In this document: positions 8,278-15,166 of the stretch, piece after piece | Layout: every line of letters begins with the position of its first letter | Numbering within the stretch: the stretch's first letter is position 1 | Notes under the pieces: generated by a model | What the model saw: the letters and a program-made list of their open reading frames with translations, nothing else | Databases searched by the model: none | What the model was told of the DNA's origin: nothing | Program-made: the position numbers and the translations under genes | Source of the DNA: Okeania sp. | GTDB taxonomy: Bacteria; Cyanobacteriota; Cyanobacteriia; Cyanobacteriales; Microcoleaceae | Assembly (NCBI RefSeq): GCF_035285525.1 | Contig: NZ_JAYKGW010000104.1 | Coordinates: forward strand, 1-32,000 | Direction of reading: 5' to 3' | DNA: 32,000 nucleotides

Positions 8278-8409
8278 GTAGGTTAGGTTGAGGCACGAAA
8301 CCCAACACAGTATATGTTAATTCAATAAGGTACCTGAATGATTACATTTTTTCAACGTAGGTTGGGTTGAGGTACGAAACCCAACACAGTATATGTTAAT
8401 TCAATAGGG
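8278..8409. repeat. Tandem duplication (period 79 nt) of a hairpin repeat GTTGGGTT-N9-AACCCAAC plus a 30-nt tail
   Basis: GTAGGTTAGGTTGAGGCACGAAACCCAACACAGTATATGTTAATTCAATAAGG (8278-8330) and GTAGGTTGGGTTGAGGTACGAAACCCAACACAGTATATGTTAATTCAATAGGG (8357-8409). Confidence 0.8.
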
Positions 8410-8488
8410 TGTCTTAATGAAATGTAACACACCACCTACCCATATATTATCGGTGCATTCCGCACTCTACTTAACTAATGTACTTAAA

Positions 8489-8654
8489 ACCTCTCCCCTA
8501 ACCCCTCTCCTGCAAGGAGAGGGGAAAAATTCCTCCCCCTTCTCTTGCCGACAAGGGGGTTGGGGGGTTAGGTTTCACCTTCTGGTTAAGGAGAGGGGAA
8601 AAATTCCTCCCCCTTCTCTTGCAGGGAAGGGGGTTGGGGGGTTAGGTTTCACCC
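8489..8654. repeat. G/C-rich nested-hairpin small dispersed repeat, 1.7 copies
   Basis: ACCTCTCCCCTAACCCCTCTCCTGCAAGGAGAGGGGAAAAATTCCTCCCCCTTCTCTTGC...GGGGGTTGGGGGGTTAGGTTTCACC, followed by a second partial copy from 8588. CCCCTCTCC-TGCA-AGGAGAGGGG forms a hairpin. Confidence 0.8.
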
Positions 8655-8669
8655 ATACTGTTTCTGGTT

Positions 8670-10490
8670 TTAGTTAGGTACAATATTGACCTTAACTGTC
8701 ACCCGCTCCTTAGTCTCAGGCAACTTCACAAAAAGTTTATCCGCATCAAAATCACTGTAGGGTTTACCATCAATTTCTACAGAACCAATTTTTATGCTAC
8801 CAGGAGGCAAAATATCCGGCGACACTCGCAAAATATTATCAGGGAAACCACCAGGAATAGGTTTAAAGTAGAAATCCATTGGTTGCTTAGTCACCAACAA
8901 ATTAGTATAAACCGCAGCCAAATAACATAACTCTGTCGAGTGATAACCACTCATAGAGTGGGAACCTTTACCCCGTTCATTACCACTTGCCAAGAAAGGA
9001 ATACCATTAGCAAGAACATTGAAATAAACCCCACCATCTTCTGTATCTAAGAACCAAGCGTTATAAAAAGCAGCAGCTTCTCGTGCTAACCGATGATATT
9101 CTTCTTCTTTGAGTGTTCCTGCTAGAATATAATAAGCTAGAATAGACTGTTCTTGCTGCCACCAAGCTTTGCGATCATGCCAAACAAAACGGTGAGTCTT
9201 TTCACCTTCTCCTAATGCTCTTTCCACCACATCATACCAACCACCTCGTTGTTGGTCACTACCCACTGCTGGCATCACTTCAGCAATTTTCTTCGCTAAA
9301 TCAACATAAGTATCCTTAGATTTGAGACTATTCATCCGCATCAAGTTCCAAGCAATTTTCATGTTGTGACCAACTACTGCTCGGTTTTGCTGCCATCCCC
9401 AGGTCTGGTCTGGACTCCAGTCTTCAAAGAATTTTTCGTTAACAAATGGGCAGTTTTCATAATCAGGGAAACGCTTTTCAATAGTATCAAAAGTGTATTC
9501 GAGCATATCTGCATATTCTGGTTTTTCGGTTGCTAACCAAAGATTAATTAGATATGCTGGTGCATGGTCTCCCACTGAGTTCCAGTTTTTAGTTCCTTTA
9601 TTCCGACCTAATGACTCACTTAAAGGATCCAGAGTAATAGGATCGAGGTGGGAATAATAACCACCCCGTTCAGTTTTATCTAAGAAAAAGTCATTAAACA
9701 ACTTAATTGTTTTCTCGGTATCATCTATGATCCGAGGATCCCCATTGAGGCGATAAGTTTGCAAAGGACCTGCGAGAGCATAAATTTGTTCGTAAGCGGG
9801 AATAGCATCATAGTCATCGCCAAATTCTGAAGTAAAAATTTTCTGTTCCCGTTCCCCTTGCACATCAATACCGTGATACCAATAAACGATACCTTCGTCT
9901 AAGTCTACAAACCTCATGTGGTCTCGTAGATAGTCAGTACCTTTTTCTGCTGCTTCTAAGAAAACTTCTTCCCCAGTCATCATGTATGCTGTTGCCATTC
10001 CATAAACCATCCGGGAGATAGTGTCAGTTTCTTGACGGAAGTTTACCTGTGATTTTGCTCCAGAAAGACTTAAGGTGGTGCGGTAGTTACGGTAGTCGAT
10101 TTCTTCGTTGCCAAATTGAGCTTTGACATAAAAATTAGCTAGAGACCGAACTTGATCTACCCACCAGTTTTGTTTTTCAAATTTGTAACTATCTGCTTTA
10201 GCACCGACAAATACTATTTGTTTGGCTTCAAATATGGGACTATCTGGGTAAAATACCCCATAAGTGAATAGATAACGACCAGGTTGCAACATGGAGCGCA
10301 TAGAACCTGTAGCATCTGGATATGCTTCGTCTAAGTTTTGGATAATTTTAGCATAACTGGTAGGAGTTAACTTAGCTTGAAATTCTCTACCATCGGTTGT
10401 TTTGATGCCAAAAATATCTGTGGTTGAGTCGAATTTAGTAACGTACCCTGCGATTAGATCGGAGAAGGTAAACTCTACTGGGATAGTCAT
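8670..10490 (-). CDS. AGE-superfamily (N-acylglucosamine 2-epimerase-like, (alpha/alpha)6 barrel) sugar isomerase/epimerase or glycosidase-like enzyme with N- and C-terminal extra domains
   Basis: 606 aa with ATG at 10490. AGE-like motifs are GGYYSHLD, NSVGDHAPAYLINL, VVGHNMKIAWNLMR, GGWYDVV and HDRKAWWQQEQSILAY. About 130 extra aa lie at the N-terminus, and the C-terminal tail (about 80 aa) looks beta-rich. Confidence 0.6.
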   Translation of the reverse strand: MTIPVEFTFSDLIAGYVTKFDSTTDIFGIKTTDGREFQAKLTPTSYAKIIQNLDEAYPDATGSMRSMLQPGRYLFTYGVFYPDSPIFEAKQIVFVGAKADSYKFEKQNWWVDQVRSLANFYVKAQFGNEEIDYRNYRTTLSLSGAKSQVNFRQETDTISRMVYGMATAYMMTGEEVFLEAAEKGTDYLRDHMRFVDLDEGIVYWYHGIDVQGEREQKIFTSEFGDDYDAIPAYEQIYALAGPLQTYRLNGDPRIIDDTEKTIKLFNDFFLDKTERGGYYSHLDPITLDPLSESLGRNKGTKNWNSVGDHAPAYLINLWLATEKPEYADMLEYTFDTIEKRFPDYENCPFVNEKFFEDWSPDQTWGWQQNRAVVGHNMKIAWNLMRMNSLKSKDTYVDLAKKIAEVMPAVGSDQQRGGWYDVVERALGEGEKTHRFVWHDRKAWWQQEQSILAYYILAGTLKEEEYHRLAREAAAFYNAWFLDTEDGGVYFNVLANGIPFLASGNERGKGSHSMSGYHSTELCYLAAVYTNLLVTKQPMDFYFKPIPGGFPDNILRVSPDILPPGSIKIGSVEIDGKPYSDFDADKLFVKLPETKERVTVKVNIVPN

Positions 10491-10535
10491 GTTTTGATTA
10501 TGTTTAAACTATGTTGACAAGTGAGGTACTTTTAT

Positions 10536-10605
10536 ATCCTTGCCCCCCTTTGTCAGGGGGACTTTGAAGACTCCCCCTTACAAAGGGGGATTTAGGGGGA
10601 TCATA
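10536..10605. repeat. G/C-rich hairpin small dispersed repeat flanked by direct repeats (GTACTTTTAT / GTACTTTAT)
   Basis: The hairpin TCCCCCTT-ACA-AAGGGGGA lies at 10572-10590. The flanking direct repeats are at 10526-10535 and 10606-10614. Confidence 0.65.
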
Positions 10606-10635
10606 GTACTTTATAAATATGGCGATTGCTATAAC

Positions 10636-10795
10636 AGAACTTACGCAAAGACACTATATATGATATCGTGTATGGGTGCGTTGCGCTACCGCTAACGCAC
10701 TAGACCGACACTTACCCATGAACCCTATTATTAGGGTGCGTTACACTGACGTTAACGCACCGATAAGCTATATATAGTCCCTTTGCGTAAGTCCT
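10636..10795. mobile_element. MITE-like element (160 bp)
   Basis: AGAACTTACGCA at 10636-10647 and TTGCGTAAGTCCT at 10783-10795. Confidence 0.7.
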
Positions 10796-10813
10796 ATTAT
10801 AAACATTTACGAT

Positions 10814-10848
10814 CAACCGGGTTTCTGGGTTTGGTGTGCGTAAGTCCT
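10814..10848. mobile_element. Solo right end of an about 102-bp-subfamily MITE
   Basis: CAACCGGGTTTCTGGGTTTGGTGTGCGTAAGTCCT, with no matching left end. Confidence 0.5.
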
Positions 10849-10897
10849 GCTTTGGTTAAAACTATAATGGATAATGAAAACTATCTCTAATTATCCA

Positions 10898-11497
10898 TTA
10901 TCCATTAGACTCGATAGCTTCGACAAATTTTTCCATAAATTCATCTGTGACACCAGGGTGCTTTGCAGTGATTAAGTTACCATCAATAACTAAATCTGCT
11001 GTTTGGTCTCCATCAAAGATGACATCTGCTCCAGCATTTTCTACATCACAAATGATATTATGAGCGCAAGTTACTTTTTTATCTTTAATCATTTCATTGT
11101 CTGCACAAAATAGCCATAAACTATGACAAATTGCACCTAATTTTACGTTCTCTGTATTAACAGCATTGCGCAAAAATACTACTGCTGGTGCTTGATTTTT
11201 TTCACCTTTCTTGGGGTTTACCTGATAACGCAATCTATCGGTTGCATAAGCACCAATACAGATGATACCTTTATAGTCTTCAGGTTTAACGTCATTTACT
11301 TCTGTAGTGACTGTAACTTGTTCTTCAACAACGTTATTTTCTGGGTTAGAACCAAAGTGTAATTCTGGTTGTCCCCACAAGTGAGTGATGTATTCTACTT
11401 CGTAGCCTTTTGTCGGAAAAAATTCATTAAATTTACGATATTCTGTCGAATCGAAATGATCTTCAATTAAAACGCCAATTTTACCTTTTGTTGCCAT
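10898..11497 (-). CDS. DJ-1/PfpI-family protein (class I glutamine-amidotransferase-like fold)
   Basis: 199 aa with ATG at 11497. It starts KIGVLIEDHFDSTEY and carries a nucleophile-elbow Cys-His (GAICHSLW) and LITAKHPG. Confidence 0.7.
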   Translation of the reverse strand: MATKGKIGVLIEDHFDSTEYRKFNEFFPTKGYEVEYITHLWGQPELHFGSNPENNVVEEQVTVTTEVNDVKPEDYKGIICIGAYATDRLRYQVNPKKGEKNQAPAVVFLRNAVNTENVKLGAICHSLWLFCADNEMIKDKKVTCAHNIICDVENAGADVIFDGDQTADLVIDGNLITAKHPGVTDEFMEKFVEAIESNG

Positions 11498-11558
11498 TGT
11501 TTTTTTTGAATCCTGATTTTCTTGAGTATAACTTAAAAAATGAATCTAAATAATAAAT

Positions 11559-11607
11559 ACCTCTCCCCCAACCCCTCTCCTACAAGGAGAGGGGAGATAT
11601 GCTCCCT
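11559..11607. repeat. G/C-rich hairpin small dispersed repeat (left-half copy)
   Basis: ACCTCTCCCCCAACCCCTCTCCTACAAGGAGAGGGGAGATATGCTCCC. Confidence 0.7.
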
Positions 11608-11715
11608 CTGACAAATCTGCCTTTCAAAGCTATGCTTTACCCACATCTTTCTTAACATTTCTCAAAGAGCAGGGATTAGGTATCAGGAGAACTGGGAAAT
11701 GGCGGTATCAGGTAG

Positions 11716-11758
11716 GCAGCATAGATGCTCATAAAAGTCAAGCCATCTGCTGTTTTTT
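11716..11758 (+). terminator. Candidate intrinsic terminator on the plus strand with no annotated plus-strand gene upstream
   Basis: CAGCA(ta)GATG pairs with CATCTGCTG (9 bp, 2-nt bulge, 16-nt loop), followed by TTTTTT at 11753-11758. Confidence 0.35.
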
Positions 11759-11870
11759 AAATCTCGAAACCATTAACCAATAAGGCTTTCAAAATTGTAA
11801 ATAATTATGTGGGTAATGGATAGCTTTCAAAAAAGGGCAGGGGAGGGGAATAGAAAGGAGGTTAATAAAT

Positions 11871-11956
11871 ACCTCTCCCCTAACCCCTCTCCTACAAGGA
11901 GAGGGGAAATATACTTCCCCAACGCTAGCAGGGAAGGGGGTTGGGGGGTTAGGTTT
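11871..11956. repeat. G/C-rich nested-hairpin small dispersed repeat (full copy)
   Basis: ACCTCTCCCCTAACCCCTCTCCTACAAGGAGAGGGGAAATATACTTCCCCAACGCTAGCAGGGAAGGGGGTTGGGGGGTTAGGTTT. Confidence 0.8.
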
Positions 11957-12031
11957 TTTCAAGCTAGACAAACTACTACATTAGCTGAAACAGTTGGCTT
12001 TCCTTAAATTTGAGTATCTAACTATTTAGCT

Positions 12032-12595
12032 TTATGTAGTAATCAATTTCAATAATGATTCATTAGCAAATACATCCCGGTAGAACGTTAATTGTTCAGT
12101 TTTCAAGTAGCAACCACCTCGGTGACCGCGACGTACCCAAGTCACATTACCTTTAGCAATGGTTTCGTTAGTTTCTAAGTCTACACTCTTCCATTCAAAA
12201 TATGTATGCTCTCCATAGAACATCACGATTGGCCAGCACATAATAACACCTGGTTGAGAAATCAACGCCCACCAATGCTGTTCCCGTTCTTTTTGTTGTT
12301 CTAAACCCCGGTAAGGTCCATCTTGGCAAAAATAAACTAAATCTTCGCGATATTCATCAGTTAAAATATCACCACGTCCTTGTCTCAAAGCTTCGCAATG
12401 ACTTGGCCACCACTCTTTATTTTCTTTTTCTATTTGTTCTAATGTGTAGTCAGGACCAATTTCTGGTAATGTTGCTTCTTTCATAGCACAGATTTTTTCT
12501 GCTAGAGCAATCATCTCTTTTGCAACATCAGCACTTGCTGGAACAGCTCTAGAGTAATCTGCTGTTAAATCTTTGTAGTAACTTGTACGCGCCAT
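12032..12595 (-). CDS. Hypothetical protein, possibly NTF2/SnoaL-like fold
   Basis: 187-aa ORF in an AT-rich genome with ATG at 12595 and AGGAG 5 nt upstream. It is Trp/Cys-rich. The C-terminal beta-like segment NVTWVRRGHRGGCYLKTEQLTFYRDVF resembles SnoaL-type proteins. The fold call is weak. Confidence 0.55.
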   Translation of the reverse strand: MARTSYYKDLTADYSRAVPASADVAKEMIALAEKICAMKEATLPEIGPDYTLEQIEKENKEWWPSHCEALRQGRGDILTDEYREDLVYFCQDGPYRGLEQQKEREQHWWALISQPGVIMCWPIVMFYGEHTYFEWKSVDLETNETIAKGNVTWVRRGHRGGCYLKTEQLTFYRDVFANESLLKLITT

Positions 12596-12646
12596 AATAC
12601 TCCTATTAGTTAGTTGTTTTGTTACCTATTTGAAATTAAAAGTTAC

Positions 12647-12745
12647 AGAACTTACACAAAAACCGGGTTTGTCAAAAATTTTGTAGTTTAAATAAGAAAA
12701 ATTAAGGTGATAAACCTGGTTTCTTGTTGGGGGTGCATTAGTCCC
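12647..12745 (+). mobile_element. Degenerate about 102-bp-subfamily MITE in a 153-nt intergenic spacer
   Basis: Begins AGAACTTACACAAAAACCGGGTTTG and ends AAACCTGGTTTCTTGTTGGGGGTGCATTAGTCCC. Confidence 0.6.
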
Positions 12746-12748
12746 AAA

Positions 12749-13687
12749 TCAATCAGTCAACTGATTAGTCAACATTAGTTCTGCTACATCATTTTGCAAT
12801 TGATTAGCAGCTCCAATATCCATAATCAACTGTGCTACTGTTGAGCTTCGTTGACCTGCCAATGTCATTTTACCATCATAGACAAATGTGTAAGCAGTTC
12901 TTTCTGGAAATGGTCTTATTTCTTTGACGTACTTACTGTGTTCGCTTATCAACTCTTGATATTCTTGAGATATAAAAAGTTGTTCTAGGTCTAAGCGATT
13001 CCAGAAAGCTATTTCCATAGCAGCTTGATAGTTGAGTTCTGGTGCTTCAGAGTGGGATACTCCACCTGCATCCGGCCTAGTGTTATCTACTTCTTCAAAT
13101 AGATGTAATCGTAGTTTCAATACTTGAGGCATTTTGGCTAGAGCTGGTGCAAACCTTTCTTTATAGTATACCCGAAACTCTTCCACACTTACTCCATCCG
13201 CTTTCCTAATCATGCAGTGGTACTTTTCTAATCCTTGAGAACCATTAGGAGAACCATTGGCAATTCCATCTTTGAAAGTGATAGAGTTACCAGGTGTGGT
13301 ATTATAACCTATGGCTTTGCTAAAGATGTTATGCTCATCATCCATCAAAATAGTTGCCGCTTTGAACCATGTTTCCCGGTCTTCTACTGTTTTGAAGGTT
13401 AATTCAGCAATACCATCAAAGTTTTCTTCTGGAGTAGAAGCATCTACTAAATCTCCAATACTAGGCCATACTCCCCCATCATTATGGGCAACATGAAATT
13501 GCCAATATTGGTACTGACCTGGTAGACGGGCACAAACTGGTCCGTGAACATCTCTCCAATAGTCATCAAATAGTTCCAGGGTTATTCCTTTTCTTTTCCA
13601 CAGGAGAACATAAAAAGCCACTTGTGCTTCCTGGTCGCGACTTGAATAGTCGGCAATTTCTCCTTTTTTGATTGGAGTTGATACCAT
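12749..13687 (-). CDS. Tandem EthD-like (dimeric alpha/beta-barrel) domain protein
   Basis: 312 aa. Two EthD-type openings are visible: VAFYVLLWKRKGITLELFDDYWRDVHGPV and KYHCMIRKADGVSVEEFRVYYKERFAPAL. Confidence 0.55.
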   Translation of the reverse strand: MVSTPIKKGEIADYSSRDQEAQVAFYVLLWKRKGITLELFDDYWRDVHGPVCARLPGQYQYWQFHVAHNDGGVWPSIGDLVDASTPEENFDGIAELTFKTVEDRETWFKAATILMDDEHNIFSKAIGYNTTPGNSITFKDGIANGSPNGSQGLEKYHCMIRKADGVSVEEFRVYYKERFAPALAKMPQVLKLRLHLFEEVDNTRPDAGGVSHSEAPELNYQAAMEIAFWNRLDLEQLFISQEYQELISEHSKYVKEIRPFPERTAYTFVYDGKMTLAGQRSSTVAQLIMDIGAANQLQNDVAELMLTNQLTD

Positions 13688-13861
13688 AGTTTACTGCCTT
13701 TGTTGTTTTTCAGATATTTAAGGAGTCGATCTCTGGTTCTGCTGAAGTGACCAAAGTAAAGATTTTTGAAGCTTTAGAATCTAACTTCAGTGCTTCAACC
13801 AGAACCATGCTAGCACAGTTTAATAATTCTCCCTCATGGAAATTGTCAAAAATGCTGGTAA

Positions 13862-14227
13862 TTACTTTGGTGGGAATAATTCGTTTAATTCCTCTTTTAA
13901 TTCTCCGAGAGCGCCGAAGCAACCTGCTGCTTTATTAAATCCGGCATAAACACAGGTGAATACTAGCAGTTCCTCTATTTCTTCCAAAGTAGCTCCTTGA
14001 GACATTGCCATTTTCACATGAGCGCCAAATGGGTTTCCTGGACCAACATGATCTTGATTAACCACATCTATTGCTACTGTGATTAGAGCTTTGGTTTTTT
14101 GGTCTATTATGGGTAAACCCCATGCTTCTCCTGCTACACGAGTACAAAAGTCCCCAAATTTAGGATTTATGCTATTTAAGCCTTCTTGAAGTGCTTGGTC
14201 GTCCAATACCGCGTTTTTGTATGCCAT
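13862..14227 (-). CDS. Carboxymuconolactone decarboxylase (CMD/AhpD-like) family protein
   Basis: 121 aa. The CMD pattern reads FGDFCTRVAGEAWGLPIIDQKTKALITVAIDV...HVKMAMSQGATLEEIEELLVFTCVYAGFNKA. Confidence 0.8.
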   Translation of the reverse strand: MAYKNAVLDDQALQEGLNSINPKFGDFCTRVAGEAWGLPIIDQKTKALITVAIDVVNQDHVGPGNPFGAHVKMAMSQGATLEEIEELLVFTCVYAGFNKAAGCFGALGELKEELNELFPPK

Positions 14228-14390
14228 AGTTTTAGTTGCTTGCTCTAGTTATCTTTAATTTTTGTCTTGTGTTTAAGGGCTGCGATCAAATTAGCCTTGT
14301 CCTCCATCATCACCTTCTGATATTGAGTGAGTAGATAATCGTTACTATATTTAATTTAAGATAATGTGGACAAACTAATTTATTGTCCTT

Positions 14391-14497
14391 ATGACTTACA
14401 CAGAAACCCCATCGAACCAGGAAATTTCCCTATCTGAACAGCAAAACAATAATTAGGGCAATAAACTCCCTTTATTGCTTGGGCGTGCGTAAGTCCT
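14391..14497. mobile_element. MITE-like element
   Basis: ATGACTTACACA at 14391-14402 and TGCGTAAGTCCT at 14486-14497. Confidence 0.65.
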
Positions 14498-14700
14498 AGT
14501 CCATATTAATCTACTTTTCGCCGCTCGATCTACTAACTTTTATTAGCTTTGCCCTAGAAAATTGTTTCCTATCTAAATCTAAACTATCATTAGTTATTTA
14601 TCTTTTTTTATTTCCAAAGAGAAGTTTAATATTTTTTTTATAAATGTTATATAGCTTATTGTAGCTTTTTGAGTTAGCATATATTAGTTATTCGTAAATC

Positions 14701-14780
14701 AAGACTTACCCAAAAAAACTGGTTTTAAAATAAATTAATCATTGTTTTTGACAACAAACGTCTATACTATAAGTAATCCT
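14701..14780 (+). mobile_element. Degenerate or truncated about 102-bp-subfamily MITE
   Basis: AAGACTTACCCAAAAAAACTGGTTTTAAAATAAATTAATCATTGTTTTTGACAACAAACGTCTAT...AAGTAATCCT. Confidence 0.45.
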
Positions 14781-14881
14781 AAATGAGTTGAAAAAACTGT
14801 ATGGATTTGGTTTCCACATCCCATTATGAAGCTTGGTTTGGAGACCAAACGTTAGATAAAATATTACAATTTAAAATAGGC

Positions 14882-14984
14882 ATAACTTACGCAAGTGAAC
14901 CCAGAAACCGGGTTGTTTTTCCTCAATATTTATTGTTAAAAACAACGATTTATTCTAAAAACCAGGTTGCTTTGCCTAAGTCCT
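14882..14984 (-). mobile_element. About 102-bp-subfamily MITE
   Basis: ATAACTTACGCAAGTGAACCCAGAAACCGGGTT...AAAACAACGATTTAT...AAACCAGGTTGCTTTGCCTAAGTCCT. Confidence 0.75.
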
Positions 14985-15166
14985 GATAGGATTACTAACG
15001 GATTGGAACGGCGCTCGGAATATAATGATTCGAGCTTTGCAACTTATCTACTATCACTTTAATCGGCGATCCATACAGATTCAAAGTTGACTACTTTTGG
15101 TGAACTTTGAGTAGGTTAAATGTTCCACTTAATTGTATGAATTTTACGGAATAGAAATTATTAATT

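Noticed and set aside
8417-8677. 86-aa ORF rich in G/E/P (LQGEGKNSSPFSCRQGGWGVRF...). Similar ORFs lie at 11789-11971 and 11807-12007.
   Set aside because: They are straight translations of the G/C-rich nested-hairpin dispersed repeats. The ORFs at 11789-11971 and 11807-12007 overlap each other on opposite strands. None has independent coding signal.
13710-13938. Two mutually overlapping ORFs (13710-13922 minus, 13747-13938 plus) in the CMD-EthD spacer.
   Set aside because: They overlap each other and the CMD gene's 3' end, and are basic and low-complexity. I interpret the region as structured RNA instead (see the finding at 13733-13806).
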